DNA from: Eledone cirrhosa
Taxonomy: Eukaryota
DNA length: 64,000 nucleotides
Direction: 5' to 3'
Assembly: GCA_964016885.1 (NCBI GenBank)
Contig: OZ024740.1
Location: 53,072,001 to 53,136,000, forward strand
Part shown: positions 26,641 to 38,900 of the stretch, piece after piece
How the letters are laid out: each line of letters begins with the position of its first letter
Numbering within the stretch: the first letter of the stretch is position 1
Program-made: the position numbers and the translations under genes
The notes under the pieces: generated by a model
What the model saw: only the letters and a program-made list of their open reading frames with translations
Databases searched by the model: none
Told to the model about the DNA's origin: nothing

Positions 26641-28030
26641 ATGCACGTGTTTTGCTTCTGACCACGCTGCCTTCGTGTTTCGCGTCGAAGAACTGGTTTA
26701 GTGCCGTTCTCGACGCTAACACACTAGCCGCGTTGCCACTTCTAAGTGCCTCCTCTACCTTGGCTACTAGTTCTCTTTCTATTTTGTTTTTCTCTAAGGC
26801 TAACTCTCTGCTAAACTCTATCGATTCTACTCTAATTTCTTTCTTGAGAGAGTACCACCATCTATTGTTGACGATGGCTCCCGTTAACTGTTGCTTGACT
26901 AGTCTACTTATCCGTTCACTGTAAGCTTTACGTGCCGGCAACGACACGTTCAGCTTCCAGTATCCGGGTCCCTGTCTATGTATTCTATCAAAGTTGACTA
27001 AGCAGACGACTAATTTGTGATCTGAGTAGGCAACCATGTGCATTCGTGGACAGCTTAACCTCTCCTTGTATTTTTCTCTAATGAAGAACCTATCTAAATA
27101 CGATCTAGATGTCCCGCTGCGGTTTGCCCACGTACACTGTGGTGCAGTCGGGAAATCCAGTCGATACTTATCGGCCAGTTGGAATTGGCCGATTAAAGTT
27201 TTGAGGCTGTTGCACCCCCTCTACTGGGAAATGCTCCCACATAGTCCCATCGTGCATCTAGGATACCATTCCAGTCCCCCACTAAAAGTAAGGAGCGAGA
27301 TGTTCCCAGAAAAGACTCTAGACGCTTAAAGAAGTCTGGCCGTGATTGCGACTGCCCTGTCTGGGCATAAACAGCCACCAGTCTGAAGGCTCCACCTCCA
27401 ATATGGTTCACGTAAGGACTACCAGTCTACCCCCCGGGTCCAAGTGTACTTGCTGTACTTCGACGTCCAGGTTCTTCCGAAACATGACAGCCACTCCCCC
27501 CCCTACCTCCTGGCTGACAGAGAGATGCGTAGATTTCAAAGTCGTCGAAGATGGGGTTTAGTTGCTTCCTGTTGTGGATCCTGGACTCGGTGATGGCTAT
27601 CACATCCATACCGTATGACCTAAGGTCGTTTAAAAGTTGGCCCTGTTTCCAGGGCATCACTAGGCCTCGCACATTCACGCTTCCAACTCGTAAACTCGCC
27701 ATGTTGGTGAAGAAAAGTTGGAGAAAAAGGATGAAAAGGTGCACTTACCTTTTCGTTTCCTGGAGATCGGGTTGTTCAATCTCCATTTGGGTGCTGGATG
27801 GGGTGTTGGGTGGGGTGGGGAAACATTTTAATAGGACACGGTTGATGGGTTTCTGGCAGGGGTTGCCCACGTCCTGTGAAAATTTATTTTTTAGGTCACT
27901 ATAGGTGACCATAAGTTTAAGGTGTGGAGACGATTCTGCTTTGACGAAAGTTTTGCCCTCCGTCTCCACTTTGGGGTTCTGGGAGATGACCCCATCAAAC
28001 TTTTGTTGTTTGTGTTGATGTATGCGTATT
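26641..28030 (-). mobile_element. Fragment of a diverged Tx1 subfamily (ORF1 C-terminus plus APE domain)
   Basis: MASLRVGSVNVRGLVMPWKQG..GDWNG..YSDHKLV..PGYWKLN; ends abruptly against the neighbouring copy. Confidence 0.85.
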
Positions 28031-28088
28031 GTTGTAACCCCAACGGCAGAGTTCAAACCGTTTCGACGGCTATCTCTGGACTATATAT

Positions 28089-28455
28089 ATAAGGAAAAAA
28101 GATGAAATCGAAAATGCAGCTGGAGTCTTTTTAAAAAATATTTATTTGGTTCTTTTACCGGTTTCACAGTTCTTGTGCTTTTGAAAAGTAGAATTGAGAT
28201 AGAGGGTTTATGGTTTATCTCGCATCTCGAGAAAAACCACACTCAGATGCGAGGAAAACCACAAACCACAAACCACAAACCACAAACCCTCCATCTCAAT
28301 TCTACTTTTGAAAAGCACAAGAACTGCGAAACCGGAAAAGGAACCAAATAAATATTTAAAAAAAGACTCCAGTTGCATTTTCGATTTCATCTTTTTTCCT
28401 GATACTTTCACTCGTGTAGGACATCTCGTTTTATTTCATTTTGTGAAAAAACCTC

Positions 28456-28465
<10 letters not shown>
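28089..28465. mobile_element. Penelope pLTR-like fold-back, family C (mutated HHRs at 28153-28188 - and 28305-28340 +)
   Basis: Inverted arms about 28092-28227 and 28246-28400; (AAACCAC)n expansion near the centre; preceded by a family A fragment at 28037-28082. Confidence 0.7.
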
Positions 28466-28539
<74 letters not shown>

Positions 28540-28541
<2 letters not shown>

Positions 28542-28738
28542 GTTACTGCCTTTGTTCCTCTAAATAACTCATTAAAAATGGATGCACATTTGACGTTTCA
28601 CTATTCGAATTTTTATAAACTGAGAATGTTAAATGTTATACCTAGAGGATCACAACGTATAATGATTCGAAGTAGACGTCTCTGCATGTTTAAACCGTTT
28701 GCTTCACCAAAACATGGTTCTGGATTCTATGTGGTGGT

Positions 28739-28790
<52 letters not shown>

Positions 28791-28928
28791 CAAGAGCCAT
28801 GAATCATTATACATCGTGATCCCCTGGAGGTAACATTTAACATTTTCAGATTTAAAAATTCTAATAGTGTAAAGTCAAATATGCATCCATTTTTAATGAG
28901 TTATTTACAGGAACAAGGGCAGTATCCA
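28540..28928. mobile_element. MITE-like element with ~128-bp imperfect TIRs
   Basis: 28541-28668 is the approximate reverse complement of 28801-28927; internal (CA)n; no HHR seen. Confidence 0.6.
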
Positions 28929-29487
28929 TGATAATGTTTGGATCATTCGGCTATATGAAGAGGTAATGAGCGAGATTCTACAATGTCACAGAAAAGTTAG
29001 GTAATTGCCCCTAACACTTGATAGAGTCGTCGGGGCACAGTCTTAAGTAAACGGCTTGTCTTGGACGTTTAAAACCATGTCGCTGCATGTTGTAACATAG
29101 CCGATGACTTCCTGAGAGAGACAGAGGGAGAAATGGGAATGGAGATAGAAGGAAAATCGACTGCTGTACTGGGTTTGTATTTGTAATAGAAATTGAAAGA
29201 ATGAAACACTATATTGTTGTATTAAAGACCAACGACAGAAAATTCTAAAGAAATCAGAAATAATTAACACAACAACAATGTATTATGAGGAGTAGGTCTG
29301 ATTATAATGCGACTTGTTAACGCTAAATATATGACATTTGTAAAACGCATACATTGGAGGACAGTATATACAGGTGGACTATGTAGGGGATATATATTTG
29401 TTAATGTGTAATAGATGTAATATATATTATAATATATATACAGAATGTTTTACACTCCTCACTCATAGAAACACACACAAACACACA

Positions 29488-29562
<75 letters not shown>

Positions 29563-29711
29563 GTATATATATGTATGTATGTATGTATGTGTGTGTGTGT
29601 AGATTCAAACATAGATCATGGCCACCATTCTTCTAACTCTAAATTATTAAAAACTGGATAGAATTGCCACTCAGTTAACAGATTTTCCACGGATTGCGTC
29701 AATAGAGTAAA

Positions 29712-29792
<81 letters not shown>

Positions 29793-29934
29793 AAGAGAGA
29801 GGGTATCAAAGATACCCAGTTCAATCGAGTTGGTGAGGCGTTTAAGAGCATTACATTAATATATATAATATATATCAATAAACTATATTTCCTTGAGTTC
29901 TTGGATAGCATTGATTTGGTCTCGATGAATTTTT

Positions 29935-30335
29935 CAAGTTAAAGCAATGACAGAAAGAATACAATCGCGGATACAAGCTGCCGAAATGGGGTTCCTCCGA
30001 AGGGTCTGTGGAGTAACGTTACCCGATAGAGTGTGTAGCTCGGGGATCAGAGAATAATTCTGAGAGGCTCCTTCACCGGATTGAGAAATCTCAGCTCCGA
30101 TACTATTGGCCCTTTGGGTCAAGTGTAAAGTATCGCTGAATAGATTATACGGGCAAGGAGACCCAGGTATAGGCCCCGATCAAGATGGTTGGATTACACA
30201 TATGAGTTTGGTTAGTCTCGCTTTGGAATCCAGCTGGATCAGTTGGAGACGGCTGCTTCTAGCAGGACCCGCCGGAGGAGTGTTTGAGGACACTGCCCCC
30301 ATGAGCCTCCCAGGAATAAGTGGGCGAAGAAGAAG
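29935..30335 (+). mobile_element. RTE (Expander/Rex3-like) LINE 3' fragment
   Basis: MTERIQSRIQAAEMGFLRRVCGVTLPDRVCSSGIRE, later GRPRSRWLDY; homologous to 63375-63655. Confidence 0.8.
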
Positions 30336-30642
30336 AACAAAATCCGAAGAGGGTTCGATAAGGACTGTATCGCTTGTTTATTCAATTATATTGTACGGCT
30401 CGGAAAAGCTTTTTTCTTAGAGCTATTTAATTGTAAGGGACTACTCTGAGTTCTTAACTCAATATATATTTATCAGCTCCTTCATGTAGAGATCATTTTT
30501 TATTGTCCTGTCAGCCAGGCTGCTATTTTTAGCGGCAGGGAATTTCGAGACAAGTTGGGTTCCAATTGACACGTGCGATAATTCATATCGTACACAATTC
30601 ATTCTCTAATATTTTTAGAAGTGAAAGGATCACTAATTTCTC

Positions 30643-30724
30643 AACAACTACTGAGGAGCAGAGAAAGGTGAAAACTTCACTTAATAAGCCGTTGCGAAAC
30701 AGTCTCCAACACTGTATAGTTGTT
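30643..30724 (+). ncRNA. Canonical type I hammerhead ribozyme
   Basis: AACAACTA CTGAGGA GCAG..(AGGTGAA-aac-TTCACTT)..TTGC GAAA CAGT-ctccaac-ACTG TA TAGTTGTT: perfect 8-bp stem I, intact core, 5-bp stem III, GUA site (cleavage after 30716). Confidence 0.9.
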
Positions 30725-30905
30725 ACCAGGCATTTTTGCCCAATATTGGTCTGTTATTTTTTTGTTATTTTTCTTCATTTAATATTTAAAGTTAAGGATA
30801 ACATTCTATATTGCTGTAGTTGGTATTATTTCACCCCAGCAAATTTGGTCCTTACGATTCGAACACATGTATGTTTATATTAGTGTTCATCTCTCTTGTT
30901 TATTC

Positions 30906-31002
<97 letters not shown>

Positions 31003-31137
31003 GAAGGAGGTGGGGTAAGGAATCAGATGGAACATAACGCACCAGAATACTCAATACTTAGGGTAGTAGATTGGGTAATAGGAAAATGTTTAACCCCGAC
31101 GACAGAGCTCAACCCGTTTCTACGGCTATTTCAGTCT

Positions 31138-31917
31138 AGAAGAATTTGTACCATTGTAGAAGATACGTATACCAGGAACAAACGCCTAACAGAACTGAGA
31201 GAATTTTTGCTCAAACAAAAATACCCATCTCTACTTATAGAAAATGGCATACAGCGGGCTATAAAAATACCTATACAACAACTTAGGACAACCCAAGGAA
31301 GAAGAAACCAAGAACTTGTCATACAATTTATAATGACACACAACCCATGTCACCAGAATATCTTCAACACTGCCAAAGCAAACCTACCGACCATTGCTCA
31401 AAGTAATGGATTAAAAGGCTTAATCACAGACCGATCTTTGACTCTCAGTAAAAGACAGCCGATAAATTTGAAGCAATTACTAACAAAAGCAAAGTTTGAC
31501 CTTAACAACCAAGACGAATCATTCACTGTATCTAAATGCAATGATAGTCGATGTGGCACATGTCAATCCATACACACCGGTCAATATATGAACACAAAAA
31601 CTGGAAAAATATTCCCAAATGCAGATATGAACTGCAAAAGCAGAAATCTAATTTACTGCATTAAATGCCCGAATTGTGAAGGACTATATGTCGGTCAAAC
31701 TGGAAATGCACTATCGGAACGTGCACGGGTGCACCTACAGCAAATCAGAGCCCCAAATGTCCGTCAGATATCCCTGAGTAACCATCTAGCAACATGTGGT
31801 CAGAGAATATTTATAATATTCCCATTCTACAAATTACACAGCCCAAGTGAAATCAAGAGAAAAATCAAACAAAAGAATTTTATTGATAAATTCCAACCTA
31901 AGCTAAATGAACAATAA
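31138..31917 (+). pseudogene. Penelope-like ORF C-terminus: RT thumb, Cys-rich linker, GIY-YIG endonuclease
   Basis: RRICTIV..LLKQKYP..CNDSRCGTC..CKSRNLIYCIKCPNCEGLYVGQTGNALSERARVH..NH..FIDKFQPKLN; open frame but the RT palm is missing. Confidence 0.85.
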
Positions 31918-32139
31918 TAATGGGGTATTACGCCTACTATGACTATGACTACGACCATGTCATGTCGACTACCACCACTAACAACAACAACTACAATAAT
32001 AATAATAAAAGTGATGTTGATGGTGATGATTACTAGAAAATGTTATTTTCATCATTTCTAAAAATAGCAAAACATTTGATGCTTTGGATAAGGTCAAACA
32101 GTAGTCGTTAGACATGCTCAACCAACCGTGACGCCTAAA

Positions 32140-32236
32140 CCAATCAGCTTTAGTAATCCAGTGAAACCACACTCCGATTGGTCGAAATACAGTTTGCAAA
32201 ATGTAGCATCCTGTAGCCGCTTTTCACTGTATATAA
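32140..32236 (+). promoter_or_regulatory. Putative pLTR promoter (CCAAT, ATTGG, TATA)
   Basis: CCAATCAG at 32140, ATTGG at 32177, TATATAA at 32230-32236, about 60 nt upstream of the HHR. Confidence 0.5.
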
Positions 32237-32298
32237 GGCACAACATTTACCCATCTCATTACAGTTGAACATTGCAAACTTGACTGTCACCACAGAAT

Positions 32299-32339
32299 TT
32301 GAACCTGAAGATTGCGAAAGCATGAAAGTACTTGTTCAA
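32299..32339 (+). ncRNA. Minimal type I hammerhead in the Penelope 3' pLTR (family G)
   Basis: TTGAAC CTGAAGA tTGC-gaaa-GCAt GAAA GTAC TT GTTCAA; palindromic stem III AGTACT; CUU site. Confidence 0.8.
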
Positions 32340-32491
32340 TTAACACAACATTAAATATTCTACCATACTATTTTATTCTAATACCATTATACATTTTAAA
32401 GGATTGTAAATAAAACGAGTAAATCAGACATAGTTGGTATTCCTTTTATTAATATAATCTTCTATACACAATCATACACAGCCCTGTATAT

Positions 32492-32538
<47 letters not shown>

Positions 32539-32971
32539 ATACATACATGACGGTATATATATATTGTTATACATACATGACGGTATAATTGGTTTTGTTT
32601 ATCTTCCCCTCTCTCTTTTTACACACATACATACATGCAATGAAACGGAATTTCATTTCTCACTCTTAGTACGGCTGATACCTAAATATAAGTATGTATA
32701 CATACATATATATGTACAGACGCAGAGTAGTATGTATATATATACATACATGCACACATAAATATATGTACGTATGGGTTTACCGAACATTTATTATAAT
32801 GTACGGTTTGTTTGTAAACATACTTATATATATATATGTATATACATAGAGGGAGTTTTGTCACCTAGTCACTCTGTCTAAGTATCTAGCTATCTTTCTA
32901 TTTATCTATCCACATACTTTACACAATATACCTGCCCGTCTACCTTCCTCTCTATTATATATATCCTGAAG

Positions 32972-33047
<76 letters not shown>

Positions 33048-33063
33048 ATATATATAATATACA

Positions 33064-33135
<72 letters not shown>

Positions 33136-33232
33136 ATAGTAATAATAATAAATGTGAAGACTAAAATCCCAAAAAGGCTCGATAAGGAGAAATATATATC
33201 AAATATATAAGAACCCTAGAGCAAATATTATT

Positions 33233-33279
33233 TTTCAGAAGATCCCGTTAAGGGTGAAAGCACCGATTCTTTGCTTAAA
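33233..33279 (+). ncRNA. Hammerhead-like motif, family F (core CAGAAGA)
   Basis: TTT CAGAAGA tCCC-gttaa-GGGt GAAA GCA-ccgattctt-TGC TT AAA; the 52222 copy has CTGAAGA. Confidence 0.55.
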
Positions 33280-33330
33280 CTTTAATCTATTTTAATATAT
33301 ATATATATACACACAGATCTCCCTACATAG

Positions 33331-33383
<53 letters not shown>

Positions 33384-33571
33384 AGACGTGTGTAACTTCG
33401 CGGAGAAGTTTCCGTTAATTTATGTAAGAAAAAAACGTGAGTTTTTAGTTAAATTTGATATTATTAGGTGGTGGGTCAACTCATTTTCGCCCCTGCAGGG
33501 GCGAAATATCCATTTGAAAATGTTTTCTCCATCGAATCTTTGAAAAAATATTGTAAAAGTTTGATTACGTT

Positions 33572-35469
33572 ATGAACGCTGCGTCCAACGATAATGGTGG
33601 CGGAGAGGCGGTAAGACTACAAAGCTCGCAGTTAACAACATCTTCTTCACTAGATACTATAGAGATGGAAAGACGAAATGAAAATGTAAAAACGAATTCA
33701 TATCCAAACAACACAAATGACACCAAACAGTTCAATGACAACAAAAATAACAGCAACACCAATAATGATGATAAAAGCAACAATGATAACAACAACAAAG
33801 AAAAAAATAGAGACAACACCAATAACACCAGCATCAAAGACAACAACAACACCAAGGAAAATACGAATAATATCAACATCGGTGACAACAAGAATAACAA
33901 CAACAATAAAAATAATAATGACAACACCACCAACACGGATTCCACAAAGAAACCAAAAATCTCCTTTGCAGAGAAAGTTAAAAAAAGGAGGAACTGATAT
34001 ATCTCGACATAACAAATGCTGAACAACTTTTAAAGGACGCTAGGAGATATGTCACTTTCGAAAAAAATGGTGCTTTCAGCATCAATTCTCCGGTAGAAAT
34101 TCGCAAGGAAACTGCCCTCAAAACGATAGTTTTTAGGACAGTTACCAATTCTACCCGAAAACCAGTCCAATTGTCACAGAACGAAATTAAACTGGTTTTC
34201 AAAATTTCAATGAATGATATTGCATTCATTCAAAGAAGCAAACTTTTTGGGAGTATTTCGGTACTCATGAAGGATCAATTGACGGCCCAAAATTACTCTG
34301 TGTCGCCAATTGTATCCAACCTGTACACCTTTTTCCCTACATACATGGGAAAAAGGACACAAAAGATCAGAATCACGAGTGTCACACCAAAGGTGAACAT
34401 ATGGTGGATACTGTGCGGCTTCATCAATTTTGATGAAGACAGAATACTGTCAGTAGGAAAGTCCCCCAGAGATGTAATCAATGGGACTAGCATTGAAGTT
34501 CTGGTGCAAATGAGCCCCGAGCGAATAGCTTTGATCCCACAACGTGTACTCCTGGACGGACTCACCTACATAAACTTTTCGGTTGAGGGTAGGCGGCCTT
34601 CATGTTACCATTGCTTTAGCAGGGGTCACCTGAGGTCTTCCTGTCCTAAATTAATGAATAAAAAAAGGTTCTTCTGCCGACACCCATCAAAACAACACAA
34701 CCACCAACACCACCACAACAACAACACCAACACACAAAAATAACCACAACAAACACAGTCCCACCCAACCCTACTCCACCTAAAACCACTGCAAAATCAC
34801 ATACAGACACAACAGCTCCCCAAGACATACCCGTTCCCAATCACACAGACAGATACAACAGATGAGGCTATCTCGCCATCACCCAGTGAAGGCGAGGGAG
34901 AACCCCATCGCTCGAAAAGAAAGAAAAGACATCACAAAAGCAAAAAACCAGCAAACACTACCTCAAACATACAACCACCAACACAAACAACAAAAACATC
35001 ACAAACAAAACCCCCACCTCCTGAAAACAAAATACCTACAACAAAACGAAAGCACACACAAGAACTACAGACAAAAACAAACACAACACAAGAAAATTAC
35101 ACTTACACTTACATAAACACTGAAAACAAAGCACTAATGGAGACCATCACGAACGACCCTTCGGTGAAAACCGAAGGGAAAACTTTCCCCCACTCTATTA
35201 AAAATAGCAAAAAACTGAACCTAAAATTGATTAGGGTCCCTATACAAACTTATAGGTCCCTAAAAGAAACATTTGAGAAGGATGTGGGGAATTCCTGCGT
35301 GAAACCACTCAACCGCGTCCTTCTCAAATGTCTCCCCACCCCAGACAGCCCCATCCCACCAGACCCCACCGCACCAAACATCTCCGTCCCCACCACCCAT
35401 CCAGACAACCCCTCCAGCACCCCCATGGAAATCGTGCGGCCTGGTCCCCAGGAGACGAAGGGTGAGTGA
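33572..35469 (+). pseudogene. Tx1 ORF1 (N/D/K-rich N-terminus, central globular domain, CCHC knuckle, T/P/K-rich tail)
   Basis: ORF pieces 33572-33997, 34171-34743 (RRPSCYHCFSRGHLRSSCP) and 35137-35469; frameshifts in A-runs. Confidence 0.8.
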
Positions 35470-35502
35470 TCTCTTTTCTTCTTTTAACTTTTCAGCACCA
35501 AC

Positions 35503-38500
35503 ATGGCCAATATAAGAGTTGGATGTGTGAACGTACGCGGCCTGGGGATGCCCTGGAAACAGGGCAAACTCTTAAACGACCTCAGGTCGCACAGTATGGA
35601 TGTGGTAGCCATTTGCGAGTCCAGGATCCACAGCGAGCGACAGCTGGCCCCCATCTTCGATGACTTAGAGATCTACGCATCTCTCTGTCAACCGGGGGGT
35701 GTAGCTGAGTTGCCGTTTTGCTGCGGAAACCCCAGGGCCTCGTAACACAGACGGTACATCTGGACCCGGAGGGTCGACTGGTGGTCCTAGGCGTTGACGG
35801 TAGTGAAGGTGCAGCCTTCAGGCTGGTGGCCGCATATGCCCCATCCGGGACACCGCGGCCAGACTTCTTCAAACGTCTAGAGACTTTTCTGGGAACGTCC
35901 CGCTCCTTGCTTTTAGTGGGGGACTGGAATGGAATCCTAGATGCACGTTGGGACTATGTGGGAGCATGTCCCGATAAAGGGGGGTGTAACAGCCTCAAAC
36001 AGATAATCGACCGAATTTACCTGGCCGATAGATATCGACTAGATTTTCCGACTGCGCCACTGTGGACGTGGAGTAAACGTAGCGGAACATCTAGATCGTA
36101 CCTAGATAGGGTTCTAGTTAGAAATAAGGATAGGGACATGTTAAGCTGTCCACAAATGTTCATGGTTGCCTATTCAGATCACAAACTAGTGACCTGCATG
36201 GCCAACCTTGATAGAACCCATAGGCAAGGACCCGGCTACTGGAAGCTGAACTTGTCGTTACCGACAAGCAAAGCCTACAGTAGACGGATTAGCAATTTAG
36301 TTAAACAGCACTTGACAGGGGCCATTGTCAACAACAGATGGTGGTACTCTCTCAAGAGGGCAGTTAGATTAGACATGATAGTTTTTAGTAAAGAATTAGC
36401 GTTAGATAGAAATAGAACCGAGAAGGAACTGGTAGATAAAGTAGAAGAGGCAATTAGAAGTGGCAACGCAGCCAGCGTGCTAGCAACGAGAACGGCCTTG
36501 GCCCAGTTCTTTGACGCAAAGCACGAGGGCTGCGTTGTCAGAAGCAAAATACGTGCTCTGGGAAACGAGGGAGCCAAAGCTGTTAGCTGGGCCCGAGTTG
36601 ACGGAGGCAAAAAGTGGAAACAAGTCCACGATTCGGTCTTTGAAGGACCAAAACGGACGCGTGATACGTGAGCCGAAGCAGATGTGTGCGGCTTTTCAGC
36701 GGCACTTTGCTCAACTATTCGGGAGGGGCGGCGCGCCGGGAGAGGCTATGGATTTCGGTCCATACCTCGACGGCCTACCGCGACTCTCGGACAGCGAGGC
36801 AAAGTTCTGCGAAAAACCGATTTCAGCCGCTGAGATAGGGGACGCGCTGAGCCAATGCGGCAAACGCAAATCTCCAGGTCTCGACGGTCTACCCTACGAA
36901 TTTTACGTAGCAATGCCGGACTTATTCTCCGGTCTCCTGGAAGCGGTCTACTGCAACTGGCAACAGAACGGGAGAATTCCCAGTTCTGTAACCGGGGGCG
37001 TGGTCACACTAATCAGGAAGGACGAGAATAAGGGGGATGACATAGGCAACTTCCGGCCCATAACTCTGCTAAACACAGAGTTACAGATTTTGGCCAATGT
37101 GTTGGCAAAGAGGCTGGCGCTTGTCGTCGAGAACCTGGTGGGAGAAGCGCAGACATGCACAATCCCGACCAGGTCCATACACGACAACCTCCACCTCATG
37201 CGATACATCATAGAGAGGGTAGGTGTAAACCCGGCTTCGGTGGGGCCCTGATCAACTTGGATCAGTCTAAGGCTTTCGATAGGGTTGACCATCGTTACCT
37301 GGATGCGGTGCTCGAGGTGGCAGGCTTCGGACCCGTGTTCAGGAGCTGGATTGCTGCAATGCATCTGCTCAAGCGTCAAGGTGAACGGCTACCTCTCGGA
37401 GCCGTTCCATATTACGCGATCCATTCGACAGGGATGCCCGCTCTCCTCCCTTCTGTACGTGCTGACCCTCGAGCCACTACTGCGAAAGCTGGAGCTATTG
37501 CAGGGCATCCCTCTGGAACCGTGACTGCGGAAAGCGACGTCGGCCTACGCCGACGACGTGACAGTAATGGTGTCGAACGCCTCGCAAATCGAGGAAGTCG
37601 GCACCTTACTGAAGGAATACGAAAGTTTCACAGGAGCGAAGCTGAACCGGGACAAGTCCATCGGTTTGCAACTCGGATCGTGGAGAGGCAAACCGATGCC
37701 TTCCGATGGCGTCGTCGGACGCTGGACAGAAGGACCGGTAAAGCTGCTCGGGGGATGGTTTGGTCCGGACCTCCAGGTGGAGAAGAACTGGAATGAAGTG
37801 ACGGCCAAGGTGTTTGCACTCACCCAGAAGTGGGCCGAGTGCAAACTATCCTTGAAAGGTTGAGCGGAGGTGGCGAACACTTTCATAGCGTCCGCCATCT
37901 ACTACCGCTTGACCGTCGTGCCTTGTCCAGCCAAAACGCTCGCCAAAATGGAGCGCGCGCTCTTCCGATCCCTTTGGAAGAGGCGGGCTCCTTTGGTGAG
38001 AAGATCCATCTGCTGCCAACACCCTTCTAACGGGGGGATGGGGTTGCTGTGGTTGACGATGCGCAAACACGCGCTCAGGCTGCGGCATCTCTACGTATTC
38101 CTCACCGGACAAACGGTGTGGGCCCCGTTCGTGAGGCGAGCCTTCCCACGACTCGTCTCGCTGACCGAGCTGCAGTCCTGGGTCAAGCAAAGACCGAGGA
38201 AAATGGGCGACTGGCACATCGAATGTGCTCAGGCGCTCACAGCCCTCTGGCAGGCGGACCCGGCGATCAGTGGAGACTCCACTTCCTCATTCTATAGAGG
38301 GTTGATCCGCAGCAAGTGCGACGACGCGATCGGTGAAACTCCTGGCGTAGAGGAAGATGAACTGGCCAGTCTGTTCGGTAGGACCTTCCGCCCGGGACAG
38401 ATGGACAACTTCCAAAAGTCCCTGGCCTGGCAGTGCTACCGAGGAGCTCTACCAATTCGAGACAAGCTCTACAGACATGGGGCCGGGCAGGGATCCTGCA

Positions 38501-38900
38501 AAAAAGATCTGTCCGAGGTGCGTGCGAGACGAAGAAACCGTCGCGCACGCATCCATACAGTGCCCGGGCGTCACTGACTTGTGGGGCTATGTAGAACGAC
38601 TATTGTCGCGGGTGGGACCAATCCGGTTGACCACCGAGTCCATTTTCATGATCAAACCGCCACCCTCCTTCAAAAACGAAGGAGAGGCGGTTTTCCTTTG
38701 TGTGATAGCTATGGCGAAAGAGGTTGTATGGTGGACAAGGTTGAAAGGGCTGAGGTCAGACACCTTTCTCTCCGGCCAACAACTGATTCTTTTTTTCAAA
38801 TACCACTTTGGAAGAAGAATCAGGTGGCGAGAATGGCCCGAGTGCATGGGCCTTCTCTCTATATCAGCCTGTAGGTTCGAGGAAAAGAAGGAGAGGAAAG
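35503..38900 (+). pseudogene. Tx1 ORF2: APE endonuclease, reverse transcriptase, C-terminal zinc finger
   Basis: NVRGL, GDWN, YLDR, SDH; KSPGLDGL, NFRPITLLN, DQSKAFDRVDH, RQGCPLS, YADD (about 37546-37557); CPRC..ET..H....C; several frameshifts and stops. Confidence 0.9.

Larger units (their letters stand above)
30999..32490 (+). mobile_element. 5'-truncated Penelope-like retroelement with an inverted family A pLTR at the 5' end and its own 3' pLTR
   Basis: 30999-31140 is reverse-oriented family A; then the ORF C-terminus with GIY-YIG; the 3' region has CCAAT, TATA and an HHR; bounded by (TA)n. Confidence 0.85.

Noticed and set aside
35462-35495. 34-nt GT-AG mini-intron between ORF1 and ORF2
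   Set aside because: The AG acceptor is present in only one of three copies; only the donor is conserved.
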